DNA of 64,000 nt from Octopus vulgaris. Taxonomy: Eukaryota. Shown piece by piece: positions 1 to 13,990 of the stretch. The notes below the pieces were generated by a model that made no database searches, had not been told where the DNA came from, and saw nothing but the letters and a program-made list of their open reading frames with translations. The DNA is taken from assembly GCA_951406725.2 (NCBI GenBank), contig OX597814.1, positions 182,714,001 through 182,778,000 on the forward strand. The letters are read 5' to 3'. The position numbers and the translations under genes were made by a program. The number at the start of each line of letters is the position of its first letter. The first letter of the stretch is position 1.

Positions 1-29
1 TCAAGGTGATCACTTTTAAATTATAAATA

Positions 30-430
30 CTCTTTTACTTGTTTCAGTCATTTGATTGTGGCCATGCTGGAGCACCATCTTTAGTTGAGCAAATTGACCC
101 CAGGATTTATTCTTTGTAGGCCTAGTACTTATTCTATTGGTTTCTTTTGCTGAACCGCAAAGTTACGGGGATGTAAACACACCAGCATCGGTTGTCAAGC
201 AATGTTGGTGGGGACAAACACAGACACACAAACATATACACACATACATATATTTATGTACATATATATGACTGGTTTCTTTCAGTTTCCGTCTACCAAA
301 TCCACTAACAAGGCTTTGGTTGACTCGAGGCTATAGTAGAAGACACTTGCCCAAGGTGCCATGCAGTGGGACTGAACCCGGAACCCTGTAGTTGGTAAAC
401 AAGCTACTTTCCACATAGCCATTCCTGCAC
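30..430 (-). mobile_element. tRNA-derived SINE family A (abundant in window)
   Basis: On its sense strand: A/B-box-like head, ACCTTGGGCAAGT motif, internal (TA/TG)n, 3' end GAAACAAGTAAAAGAG. Other copies at approx. 505-757, 5634-6031, 6518-6930, 28070-28290, 28757-29030, 32187-32525, 38640-39018, 40183-40780, 49929-50311, 53774-54176. Confidence 0.85.
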
Positions 431-1084
431 CTAAATGATACACTAAATGTAATGATACAGCCTAAATGATACACTAAATGTGATGAAATTGAAAATTTAC
501 AACAAGAAGCCCATCATATATGTGTATATGTATATATATGTGTGTGTATGTTTGTGTGTTTGTGTTTGTTCCCCCCAACATCGCTTGACAACCGATGCTG
601 GTGTGTTTATGTCCCCATAACATAGCGGTTCGGCAAAAGAGACCGATGGAATCAGTACTAGGCTTACAAAGAATAAGTCCTGGGGTCGATTTGCTCGACT
701 AGAGGCAGTGCTCCAGCATGGCTGCAGTCAAATGACTGAAACGAGTAAAAGAAAAAGAAATTTAGGCTGTATCATTATTGTAACATCATACACACGCAAA
801 CAACAACTAGCTTATTCTTTTATGCTACATGCAAGTAAATGAAAACAACCAAATGTCTGTGTACAGTTACGAAATCCTCCTAATGTCCTGATGTAGAAAG
901 CTTGAATTAAAACCTTCTTGCCTAACTGTCCTGATGAATTGAATGTGTCCAACTTCTCTCATTGATCAATATTGTACTATTTCTATTATGGCTGATTTAC
1001 TTCAGTAGTGTTCTCTCGGCAAAGTTGTTTTGTTCAGTTATCCTATACATATATACATATGCACATACTCATTTATGTCTGTAG

Positions 1085-1355
1085 GTATATACATGTGTAT
1101 GTACATTCTTATGTATGTTTGTATGTATGTATGTATGTATGTATGTATGTATGTATGTATGTATGTATGTGTGTGTGTCTGTATGTGTGTGTGTCTGTAT
1201 GTGTGTATGTATGTATGTATGTATATATGTATGTATGTACGTATGTATATATGTATGTATGTACGTATATATGTATGTATGTATGTACGTATATATGTAT
1301 GTGTATGTACGTACGTATGTAGATGTAGGTACATACACATGTACACACATAAGTA
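1085..1355. repeat. (TATG)n/(TG)n compound microsatellite
   Basis: Seen directly; source of the spurious MYVC/HTYI ORFs. Confidence 0.95.
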
Positions 1356-1356
1356 C

Positions 1357-1822
1357 ATCATCATCGTTCAATGTCCATTTTCCATGCTAGCATGGGTTGG
1401 ACGATTCGACCGGGGTCTGGGAAGCCAGGAGGCTGCACCAGGCTCCAGTCTGATCTGGCAGTGTTTCTACAGCTAGATGCCCTTCCTAACGACAACCACT
1501 CCAAGAGTGTAGTGGGTACTTTTTACGTGCCACTGGCCCAGGTGCCAGGGAAGTCTATCAACGGCCAAGATTTGTTGGTGCTTTTTATGTGCTACTGGCA
1601 CGGAAGCCGGCCACGTTCAGATGGTGCTTTTTACGTGCCACCAGCACGAGTACCACAACTACAATTTCCATTTGATTTTTATTTTGATGTTGATGTACTT
1701 GACTCAATAGGTCTCCTCTAGCACAGCAGGTCGCCCTACGATCCAAAATAAGCATAGCAGGCCGTCCTGCGATCCATGGTACTTTGGATGGGCTGGGGCT
1801 GCTATGTGAAGGCTGGGGCTAT
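1357..1822 (-). mobile_element. RTE-LINE 3' tail / derived non-autonomous retroposon (representative of ~25 copies)
   Basis: Sense strand ends GGAAGGGCATC...CCAACCCATGCTAGCATGGAAA...(GAT)n; the same tail follows RTE ORF2 remnants at 44351-45825 and 10215-11327. Confidence 0.8.
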
Positions 1823-2062
1823 GTATGTATATACATGCAAATGTGCATAGATATATATATGCGTGTACATATGTACATGGATAAGCACATACATAAGTAC
1901 ATATATATACACACATTCATATGTGTGGATGCATGTATACAAACATGCATGTGTTTGTGTGTGTGTGTGAGTGCATGCATCATTATATGTCATTTTCTAG
2001 TTTAATATTATGCAAATTTGCATTAATTGTTAATGTAATATTTTGTTTGATTTGTGTTCCAG

Positions 2063-2115
2063 TATAAAGCTAAATACCATGATAATGAACAAGATGAAAT
2101 TTTGCTAATTAAAAA
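2063..2115 (+). CDS. CCHCR1: CCHCR1-like exon (YKAKYHDNEQDEILLIK)
   Basis: ttccAG acceptor and GTAAGT donor; phase-2 end joins the next exon to give LLIKKWREK. Confidence 0.78.
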
Positions 2116-5100
2116 GTAAGTATTTTAATATAATCAGTATTTTAATATAATAAGTGTATAAACATGTCAATTCTGCTTAGACAGGCCTATGATCGGAGCA
2201 CATTTTTTTCTTCAGACATTCTATGTTCTTCCTTGTTTTTTAAAGACAGTATGCTTTGAGGATGATTTAGCTGCTCGGGTTTGAGAGTATTTATTGTATG
2301 CTGTACTATATCGTAGGAATAAAATGAAAATAGCAATAATACAATAAAAATACAACTGTCAGTTTGATTTCATCATCATTATCATCATCGTTTAACGGCC
2401 GCTTTCCATGCTAGCATGGGTTGGACGATTTGACTGAGGTCTGGCGAACCAGATGGCTGCACCAGACTCCAATCTGATCTGGCACAGTTTCTACAGCTGG
2501 ATGCTCTTGCTAATGCCAACCACTCCGAGAGTGTAGTGGGTGCTTTTACGTGCCACCGGCACGAGGGCCAGTCAGGCGGTACTGGCAACGGCCACGCTCA
2601 AATGGTGCTTTTTATGTGTCACCTGCACAGGAACCAGTCCAGCGGCACTGGCAACGACTTCGCTTGAATATTTTTTCATGTGCCACCAGCACAAGTGCCA
2701 GTAAGGCAACGCAGGTAACGATCACGCTCAAATGGTACTTTTTACGTGCCACAGGCACAGAGGCCAGCTTGTTACAGATACAGGATTTCCTCTCTGTCTC
2801 TTCTATAGCTACTGCATTAGCTTCGGCTCTTCTTACCTAGCTATTTACATACTCACTCACTTCACGTCTTTCTTCCTCCTATCATCCTCACTGTGACTCA
2901 GCTCCTTTAGTTAGTTTAGTTTGGTCATCTTCCTGAACATTTCAATGACTTCACATGAACACCTCATCCATCATGGTCCCCCATGCATGTTCTTAATTCA
3001 ACATTTGCCATTCCACCGTCAAATAGGGAAGAACTAAACAAATACTTCTTTGGCTTTTAGATGGAGAGAGAAGTTATTTTCTGTTATGGTCCAGCATAGA
3101 TCAGCAGTAATTCAACAAGAAAATGATATAGTGAAGTGGAAAGAGAAGGTTGGTGACACTAATTTCTTTGATATTTGTATACTGTTTGAGAATGCGGTGT
3201 GGGTAGAGAAAACTTTAGGGAAAGTGGAAGAATGAGGTGTTGTGCAGTGCAACCAAGAGAATACCCTCCATCAGGCATTTGCCATATTTTGAACGCCTTA
3301 CTTCCCTGGGCATGGATACATTGAAACTCCAACGTCTGGCAGCTGACTTGGCAGACACCCATAAAATTATTAACCATCTTACAAACAATAACTCTGAGCC
3401 CCTTTTCAAACTCCATCTGTCTAACACCCGTGGACATGTTTACAAAGTCAGAAAACAGCACAGCTCTCATGACTTTTGAAGACATTTTTTCATGCTAAGA
3501 GTTGCTGAAGCATGGAACAAACTGCCGGCATCAGTTGTTAATTGTCGGAGCACTGCATTCTTCAAAACTTCCATGCTTCCTGAGATTTGCCAACACTACA
3601 CCTGATTTTCTCCCCTCCATACACACGCAAGCATGTATCTGACTCATACACTGTTCACTTTCCAGTCATTTGTACATTACTGCATATGCTTTATACACAC
3701 TTTTTGACAAGTCGTGGTGCACCTGAGCACAGTATACAATAATTTCATTATTATTATTATAATTTATAAGACAGACTGTTTGGACAAGGTTGTATCTAAC
3801 ATACAAGAGGAAAGAGCAAGCAAATATATAAATATGCAACCAAACGCATACCCTCCATCAGACACCTACCATACTCTGAGCGCCTTGTTTCCCTGGGCAT
3901 GGATTCACTGAAGCTCCGGCGTCTGGCGATGGACTTGGTAAACACCCACAAAGTTATCAACCACCTCACCAACAACAACACTGAACACCTTTTTGATCTC
4001 CATGTGTCCAACACACGTGGACATGCCTACAAAGTCAGAAAACAGCACAGCTCCCATGACTTTCGGAAACATTTTTTCACGCTCAGAGTTGCTGAAGCAT
4101 GGAACAAATTGCCTGCGTCAGTTGTTGACTGCCATGACACTACATTCTTTAAAGCCCTCATGCTTTCCGAAATCCGCCGAAACTACACCTGATTGTCCCC
4201 CTTCCATACTCATACACATATGTGTATGCCATGACTCATGCACTGTTCTTTTCCTGATGCTTGTACATTACCTTATGTACTAAACATACACTTTAGATGA
4301 GTTGTAGTGCACCTGAGCACTGTACACAATGTTTTATTTTTATTATTATTATTATAACCTGCATATGATGAGAATGGATGTGAAATTGGTTGATTTCAGG
4401 TGATTGATATACAGTATGCAGAGCAAAAGTAGATTGTTTAAAATGCAGAACACTGCTATAAAATTTGATGCTAGGAAATTGGAATGAACTGCAAAGGTCT
4501 GATATAAAGATAACTAAAAGATAAGCAATAATGGATTAACCTTGTTTTTACCTTTCTAGATGATTAACCTTGTTTTTACCTTTCTATTTACAATATGTTT
4601 CAATCAATATGTTCTCTAATTGCCTTCAAGTAGACAGCAAACATATCCATAATGCCAAAGTTCCATAGGAGATACATTTTCAAAGAAATATAAACTTATT
4701 TCAGAGAGAATAGCTATATTGAACTGGAGTTTGAACTGGGCCTACATTTTAGTTGCTTCTGTAGTTCTTTCTTACAGTAACTTGATCCAGCATATTTTAG
4801 AGTTTCTATTTTCATACAATAAGTATTCATATGCCCACGGGCATATGGTGTAGTGGTTAAGAGTGCGGGCTACTAACCCCAAGATTCCAAGTTCGATTCC
4901 AGGCAGTGACCTGAATAATAATAATAATAATGACGCCGACACTAACGCCGCCACTGCCAATGACGACGACGATGATGACATTCTGGGACCTTTTGAGTAG
5001 GATGGGTTACTCGACCAAAAGAAATTCTAACTGGGCCCCACCTGCAAGGTCATGCACTGTTTATCTTGATATGAGATCACCATGTCGTGCACATATGGTT

Positions 5101-8100
5101 GTGATGCATGTGCCTGGTGTACCCTTATCAGACGGGTAGTCACGATGGGTATACTGGGTTTCGTATATTTTACTCCAGTGTCACTTTGATGGCATGCACT
5201 GCTCTCTCACTCAATAATAATAACATCGAAAAATACCGTAAGAATGAGAACCCATGTTCGAAATTTCCCCAAGACACCTGATGAAGGCTGGAGGGTATAT
5301 TAACTGAAATGTTGTGTTAACAACAAACAAAATGAGGACAAATATCCGTCAAATGTAAATAATGTAAATATTCTTTCGTTTTAAATTGTCGTTTCTCCTC
5401 CCATCAGGAGTTTCTGGTGTTCTTCCATTTAGATTGTTAGGTGTCATCCTGTTGCAACGGGATCAAACCTAAGACCACTTTGTTGTGAAAGAAACTTCTT
5501 AACTACATAATCATGTCTGGTTACATATGATTTAGGTCCTGACTTTTTACAGTAGGGTAGATTCACAGTGTAGTTGAATGAATTGGATGATTTACCAGTT
5601 GAGATGAAAGGTAGCTAGGAACATGTGCTGTGGGCATGCTGGAACACCGCCTTTAGTCGAGCAAATCGACCCCAGGACTTATTCTTTGTAAGCCTAGTAC
5701 TTATTCTATCAGTCTCTTTTACCTAACCGCTAAGTTACGGGGATGTAAACACACCAGCATCGGTTGTCAAGTGATGTTGGGAGGACAAAGACAAACACAC
5801 AAACATATACACACACACATTCACACACACACACACACACAGAGACACACACACACACACATATATATATAATCACGGGCTTCTTTCAGTTTCCGTCTAC
5901 CAAATCTACTCACAAGGCTTTGGTTGGCCCGAGGCTATAGTAGAAGACACTCACCCAAGGTGCCACACAGTGGGACTGAACCCGGAACCATGTGGTTGGT
6001 AAGCAAGCTACTTACCACACAGCCACTCCTACAAATTATTTAGATTCAGACTTATACATTAGAGCAGACTCACGGTATAGTTGAAGGAGTTGGACGATTT
6101 ACCAATTGAAATTAAAGGTAGTTAGAAACACATGCTGAGGTCCAGTCAATGTCTATTAAGTGCAGTAGTAATTAATCTCAGGAATATAAAGTTGGAGGTA
6201 TTTAAACATGATATCCAATTTATGTAAAAATATGAAACTACTCACTCTACTTTGTTGATTCTTGGAAGAACATTCAGCTGGAAAAATTTATTTTTGATAC
6301 TTAATAATAAATTAAGGCAGCCAATCTGGCAGAAACATTAGCACACTTAACGAAATGCATTTGTTTTCATGTTCTGAGTTCAAATTCCGCTGAGGTCAAC
6401 TTTGCCTTTAATCCTCTTAGGATTGATGAAATAAGTACCATTTGAGCACTGGGGTCAATGTAATTTACTTACCCTGCCCTCAAAATTGTTGACTTTGTGC
6501 AAAAAATTTGGAACTAATACTCTTTTACTTGTTTCAGTCATTTGACTGTGGTCATGCTGGGGCACCGCCTTTAGTCGAGCACATCGACCCCAGGACTTAT
6601 TCTTTGTAAGCCTAGTACTTATTCAATCGGTCTCTTTCACCGAACTGCTAAGTTACGGGGATGTAAACACACCAGCATCGGTTGTCAAGCAATGTTGGGG
6701 GGACAAACACAGACACACAAACATATACACACTCATACATATATATATATACACACATATATATGACAGGCTTCTTTCAGTTTCCGTCTACCAAATCCAC
6801 TCACAAGGCTTTTTTGTTGGCCTGAGGCTATAGTAGAAGACATTTGCACAAGGTGCCATGCAGTGGGACTGAACCCGGAACCAAGTGGTTTGTAAGCAAG
6901 CTACTTACCACACAGCAACTCCTACGCCTATTTTTAATGATAAATTATAGTTTGCTCTAAAACATTGAGTTGTTGCAAAAGGAATAGATTTATTTTATAC
7001 TAGCAGTATCGCCTGGCGTTGCTCGGGTTTGTTTTGACCCTTTAGAATTGGAATTTTTGAAAAGTAAAAATTTTGCATTATGTAGCTTGTTATTCTCTTT
7101 AAGTGAACGTTTTTCTTGTTGAAATACACCGAAAAATAGTGACACAACAGTAAAAAAATCGTAAAAAATAGGGATTTTCATAGAAAAAAAGCACCTGTTT
7201 GATGTAAATAATTTTTGGTGTTAACATGGTCCGATTTGAATTTTTTCTTCTACGGAATGAAGAGCAAGCCTTCTTCTATCATACTCTCAATTTTGGTCAA
7301 CTTGCACTGCAGGGTCTCAGAGGAGATAGTGTTAGTTGAAGGCTACCAAACCTGCCATATACAGACAACTTCAGCTTTATATATAGAGAGAATTGTATTG
7401 TACATAATTGGACTTCTACCAAATTTTGTTTCAACAAAGTTAAAAAAGAAAGGTCAGTCTTCTCCAGCTTGTAAGACCAGTGATGTTCAGTTTGAACTTC
7501 AGTGTGTGAGTAACTGCAGAAAAAAATTGATTGGGAGGGAAGAAATTCTAAAGATCTGTTGATCTGAGGAGAAAGAAATTTTTAAAAATTGTTAAATGTG
7601 GAAAGGGGGAGGTGAAACACTGTAGGGGTCATTAGAATAGGAAAGACCAATATATCAGATGAACTTAAGTGCAAGAGAGGAATGGAGGTTGTCCTAGAAG
7701 CTGTAGAAAAGACAAAGAAGCAATGCACCTATAACCCAGTGGTTGTAGTGTGTTAGTAACTGTTTATTAATCTGTTGGACATCATTTTTGATGCAGTCTA
7801 GAATTCTTCTGAGCATAGCAGCAGCAGCAGCACAATCTCAAATATCTGAGCTGTTCTTCAACATGGGTTTTTCATGAGCTTTATAAAAACTTCTTTGAGC
7901 AACATATCTAACTTATTGTTTTATACATATGCATATATTATATAATATATTTTATGTATATTATATAATATAAAAAATAAATGCGCCCTTTTTTTTAAAG
8001 CCTAGCCAGGCTCATGGACCTGGTTTCCCAGTTTCAATGGCGTATGTGTTCCCCAGCTGGACGGGACACTAGTCCATCGCAGTGTTACTCATTTTTGCCA

Positions 8101-11100
8101 GCTGAGTGGACTGAAGCAACGTGAAATGAAGTGTTTTGCTCAAGAACACAACGCGTTGCCCGGTCCAGGAATTGAAACCACAATCTTACGATCATGATGC
8201 TGACACCCTAACCTCTAAGCTACACGCCTCCACATGTATATTATATATAACTTATAATATATACATATATGTATCACGTGATCATGTGACCGACCAGGCT
8301 ATCAGATGTTGTTACACATCGCTGGTCACAATGCGCTTCGCATTGTTTTAGTGAGCAGGCCAACAGAAGAAAGTGAGAGAAAGTTGCGGCGAAAGAGTAC
8401 ACCAGGGATCGCCACCAGCCCCTGCTGGAGCCTCGTGGAGTTATACGTGTTTTTGCTCAATAAACACTCACAATGTCCAGTCTGGGAATCGAAACCGCGA
8501 TCCTACGGTTGCGATTCCGCTGCCCTAACCACTAGGTCATTGTGCCTCCACACATATGTATATATTATATGTGAATGTCATGAGAATGAAAAAGGTATCT
8601 ACCAGTTCAAGCTAATGCTTTCTTTTATGAGTAATTTTAACTCTTTAGCATTCAGATTACAATGTCAAATGTAATGTTTGTTTTTTTCATGTTGTTTTGA
8701 AATAATCTTGCATTATCTTGTAGATTTCAATGATGTGATTGTTTATTTTTAGAATGACATTGTAGAGTAGGTGTGAGAGGCTGGATCTGGTCAGTTTGAA
8801 CATAAAACAGGTAGAATATTTGGGCCAGATATCACTAGTTTAAATGCTAAATGGTTCACCTAATAAATAAAACGTTTGATTCTTTTTTCAGCTTACTATA
8901 GAAAAGTCAGTATAAAATATAAGGAAACAATATTGATTTCTATTTAACAATTTTTTCTTTCAAATTCAGGTATCCAATATACAAAATAAACTGAATATAT
9001 CAGAAAACCAGATCCAAATATTTAATCATTCTTTGTCAAATAAACAAGCAGAGCTTGACATCACAATCAATGAAAGTAAGGTGAGATTGTGGAAACTTCT
9101 ATTGTTTATATATTCAGCTTATTTATAAATTCATCTAATCTTAAACTATTAGGTTGTCCCAAAAGTTCGTAAACACTTGCGAAAATTGAATTTTTACTCG
9201 CCAAGTACTAACAAAAACAACAAAAATTATTCCTCAAAATAAAGACCATTATTTTCCAAGACTTTCTACGAACTTTTGGGACAACCTTATATTAGTGATA
9301 TTTTAAAATAATAGAATATCATGATTATCAAATACATAGTATTTTGAATAAATATATATCAAATAGATGAAAACTGTCTATAGAATATTGAATCTATTTT
9401 CTCAATTTCATTTTTTTTTTTATTTCTAGAAAATTCAAGATGATCTTGCAAACGCTCAGGAAACACTCAACTCTCAAAATACTTTCTTGCAAGACAATCA
9501 GGAAATAATGAAGAACTTAAAGGAGTTTTGTTTAAGGTTATTTCCAAGAAAATATTTTGTATTATCTGTGTGGGTGCAAATGTTCATAATTGGTTATATA
9601 GCAGTAAAATGAAAGTAGATTAAACATTAGAATGTCACTTAGTATTCCATTGTAATCATCACTATCATTACCCATCACTACCACACCACCAGCACCAGCA
9701 CCACCACCACCTTTGATAAGAGGTAGTCCTTATTTGTCTGACCTCTAACCTTTGACCTATCCCACATGGGAGGAGGCCTTACCAGGAGCTTGTGCTTTGC
9801 TGGCATAGCTCTCAGGGTCATTGAGACACACAAGCCATCACACTGCAAGAAGGACTGGACCTTGTGGTGGAGGTCTAGTATGTAACTTGTTCTTATTTTA
9901 CTAACTTCTGAGGAAGGGAAAAGAAAGTCGATTCTTGAGGATTGGAATCAAGAATATAAGAATAAGAAATTAAATATCAATTTTTAACTTCATATAAAAT
10001 CACACCTTTTTTTATTGGTGGTGGAGAAAGAGAATAGTTGATTAGATCAATTCCAGAAAGATGAAGCTAAAGATGACCATGGCTAGATTTGAACTCAGGG
10101 TGTAAAGAGACTAAATACTGCCAGATATTTTTGGCCATTACTCTATCACTCCATTGATATCCCACAATCTATTAAATACTGGAAGGCATTTTCTCCACCA
10201 CTCTTGGTCTGTGTCAAATTAAGTTCAGAGAGCTCTTACCTATGTTGGTAACAAAGGGCCTCTCCCTCAGAGTAAAAGGCAGATTGTATGATGCCTGTAT
10301 GCAAACTGCTATGCTATACAGCAGTGAAACATAGCCTGTGACTGCTGAAGACATGCGAAGGATTGAAAGAGATGAAGATAGTACGCTTTGCAAGATATGC
10401 AATGTCAGTGTGCATGCATGACAGCGTGTATGCATGACAGCGTGTAAGAGTCCTGAGAGAAAAGTTAGGCATAAGAGGCATCAGGTGTGGTGTGCAAGAG
10501 AGTCAACTGTGTTGGTATGGTCATGTAATGCGTATGAACGAGGACAGCTGTCTCATGAAGTGCTGATCTCTAATGGTGGAGAGAACCTGTGGAAGAGGTA
10601 GACCCAGGAAGATGTGAGACAAGATGGTGAAGTATGCATGATCTTCGAATTTTGCGCCTCTTGAAGGCAATGACTAGTGACCGCGACCTTCATCAATATA
10701 CCGTGATTGAGAAGACCCGTCAAGCCAACTGAAATTATAGTCATGGCCAATGTCAGTGTTGTGTAACTGGCACCCATAACGGTGGCATGTAAAAAGCACT
10801 CTTCGAACTTTGGGCCTCATGGAGGCAGTGACAAGTGACAAGTAACCGAGAAGACCTGTCAAGCCAAGTGAGATCATAGTTGTTGCTGATGCTGTTGTTG
10901 TTGTTGTTAAGCAACAAGACGGGTAAGGGTGATTCGGTGATGGTCTAGGGCTTAGGGGCGGGGGACCCCAGACCTTGGAAAAAAAAATAACTTTGGTCGT
11001 CTTGTTGTAGTCAAGGGCTCTTCATTGACGCCCGACACCACTGGGAGGTGGCCCCTCGAAGTTGCTGGAAATGGAGATCTCCAGGTCCAAATTTTTGAAC

Positions 11101-13902
11101 GGCTGTTGCTTATGCTGGTGTTTTGTTATTGGTACCTGTGCTGGTAGCACGTAAAAAAACACCCACTACACTCTTGGAGTGGTTGGTATTAGGAAGGGCA
11201 TCCAGCTGTAGAAACCATGCCTAATCAGATTGAAACCTGGTGCCGCTCTCCAGCTTACCAGTTTTCAGTCAAACTGTCCAACCCATGCCAACATGAGAAA
11301 CAGACATTAAATGATGATGATGATGATATATATATATATATATATGTGTGTGTGTCACTGAAACAAATAAAATGTTACATTCACAAGAAGTTACATTCCC
11401 ATTTAAATAAGTAATGTTTTTTTAATTACCTATCTTTAATGTAACAATTTCATGATTTAATTTGTTCATAATGATGTTTAACTTTTGTTGTTTTTCATTA
11501 GAAATTAGATTCCAGTATTTTTAATTATATTAAAATTTATTAATTGAAATGATATTTCTTTTAAAAACTTAGCTTGTCTGGAAAGTTTGAAGAATTTTAT
11601 CAAATGTTTGCCTCAGTGAATAAGAAATTGTCCTCATATGGACAGCGGGTTCAGTTTGCCAGCAGCAGAATATTGTTGATAAAAGGTTTGTTGAAATATT
11701 ATTATGCTTTTGCGATTTATCCATTAAAAATGAGAAACTAAAGGGAAAAAAAAATGGGTGAAACTGATCCATCTTGATTTTTAATCTTAACAATCTTTTT
11801 TGATGTTTATCTTTATCTCTACTATTCTTCATCTGTTCAGATTATTTGTGGTTGTAGATACCACAACTCATTAGCACATCAAAGAAGATTTTACCTTCAT
11901 GTGCTATATGTACAAGTAGCATAGTGAGAAACATCAGTCCTCGTAGTCGTCATCATCCCCATCCTCATCATTGTTTTGATGTCCGCTTTTCCATGCTTGC
12001 ATCATGGATAAAATGAAATTTGTCGAGGTAAATTTTCTGTGGTCAAATGTCTTTGTAGTTACCACATGGACTGACATGAAGGGCACTGCTCATATGACAG
12101 TGAAACTCATTTACAACTATCATGCAATGTCAAGACAAGGACAGATACACATGTATATACATGCATGCATGTATACATACATACATACATACATGCATGC
12201 ATGCTTGCATACATACATGCATGCATGCTTGCATACATACATGCATGCATGCTTGCATACATACATGCATGCATGCTTGCATACATACATTCATACATGC
12301 ATATATACATGCATACATACATACATAATTTTAAATTAATAATAGAAGGGTAAAATTTATCAAATTAATTAATTAATTGATCAATTAATTAACAATTTCA
12401 CCAAGTAGATCGGTATATTAAAATAACCTTTATAGGTAAAATATATATATATATACATGCATACATATACATACATGAAGAGCTCCGCTCAAAATGTTAA
12501 ATTCTCCTTCTTTCTTTCCTTTCTTGAGTGTCCAATAACTCTATACTTGTTCCACATTCTCATGTTGTTGTGTTTTCTCTTTGTTCATGTTTGGATTAAC
12601 TATATATATATATATATATATATTTGAAAAAATGAGTAGAGATAGCTTTTGTGGGGATAATTATTATTTTAATGATAATGTTTCCAGTTACTCTAATGAG
12701 TTTCATGCTTTTCAATAGCCATTTTCAAACTGAAATTCTGTGGTTTAGAAGGTTATTTATATAGCAACAGATTTTTTCTTACAGGTATCATCATCATCGT
12801 TTAACGTCCGGTTTCCATGCTAGCATGGGTTGGACGATTTGACTGAGGTCTGGCGAACCAGATGGCTGCACCAGACTCCAATCTGATCTGGCACAGTTTC
12901 TACAGCTGGATGCCCTTCCTAACGCCAACCACTCCGAGAGTGTTGTGGGTGCTTTTATGTGCCACCAACATGAAGGCCAGTCAGGTGGTACTGGCAACGG
13001 CCACGTTCAAATGATGCTTTTTATGTGCCTCTCCTGTACAGGAGCCAGTCCAGTGGCACTGGCAACGACCTCGCTCAAATGTTTTTTCACGTGCCACCAG
13101 CACAAGTGTCAGTAAGGCGACGCAGGGAATGATCACGCTCAAATGGTGTTTTTAAACATGCCATTGGCACGGAGGCCAGCTTGTTGCTCTGGCCTCGATC
13201 TCACTCGTATGGTTCTCTTAGCGCTCCACTAGCACAGATGCCAGTCATCAAATTTGATTTCGATTTCACTTGCCTCAACAAGTCTTCGTAGAGTTTAATG
13301 TCCAATGAAGGAAAACCACGCATAGGTGGACTGGTTACACCCCTGGCATAAGCCACAAGGTTATGATCTCACTTGCATGCTTGCTGAGTTTTCTCAAGCA
13401 CAGCATATTTCTAGAGGTCCTGGTCACTAGACATTGCCTCACTGAGGCAATGAGGTATGCAAATAAAACATAAAAATAGGAAATAAAAGATATAAATAAA
13501 GAATATAAAAAATAATATAAAAAAGTAAAATAAAATATAATAAAAATACAAAAAATAAATACAACAGCATGTGTGAATAAGGAGAGAAGAAGAAAAGAAC
13601 AAAGGAAAAAAAGAAGAAGAAAAAGGTGGAAGGTAAGAAGACAAAAAGTAGTTGAAAATAGTTGTGAGAAGAGACTATCAGGAATAAAGAAATAGAATAT
13701 TTTTAGGAGTGGTCAAAAAGAGTTCTTCAGATCTTGTCAAAAGATGACCTTTGTGAGTCTTTTGATTTAAGGTCATTTTAATCATTTTTCACAGTTGGTA
13801 TGGTCATAATTAGTATATGTACAAACATACACACACACACACACACATACATCCACATACATTCACACATCTACACATTTTTTTTATATATTCACACACA
13901 TC

Positions 13903-13990
<88 letters not shown>

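Noticed and set aside
430-486. Short tandem duplications (also 4533-4586)
   Set aside because: Two-copy 25-30 bp duplications typical of slippage; no further structure.
1008-1476. Overlapping MYVC/HTYI-rich ORFs (also near 12100, 13800, 18150, 27750, 34100, 58000)
   Set aside because: Translations of stop-free (TATG)n/(GT)n microsatellites; no coding signal.
4839-4912. Possible genuine tRNA gene
   Set aside because: Acceptor and T stems pair poorly, there is no oligo-T terminator, and it runs into a repeat body, so it is a SINE head. The same applies to heads near 32681, 53774 and 56985.
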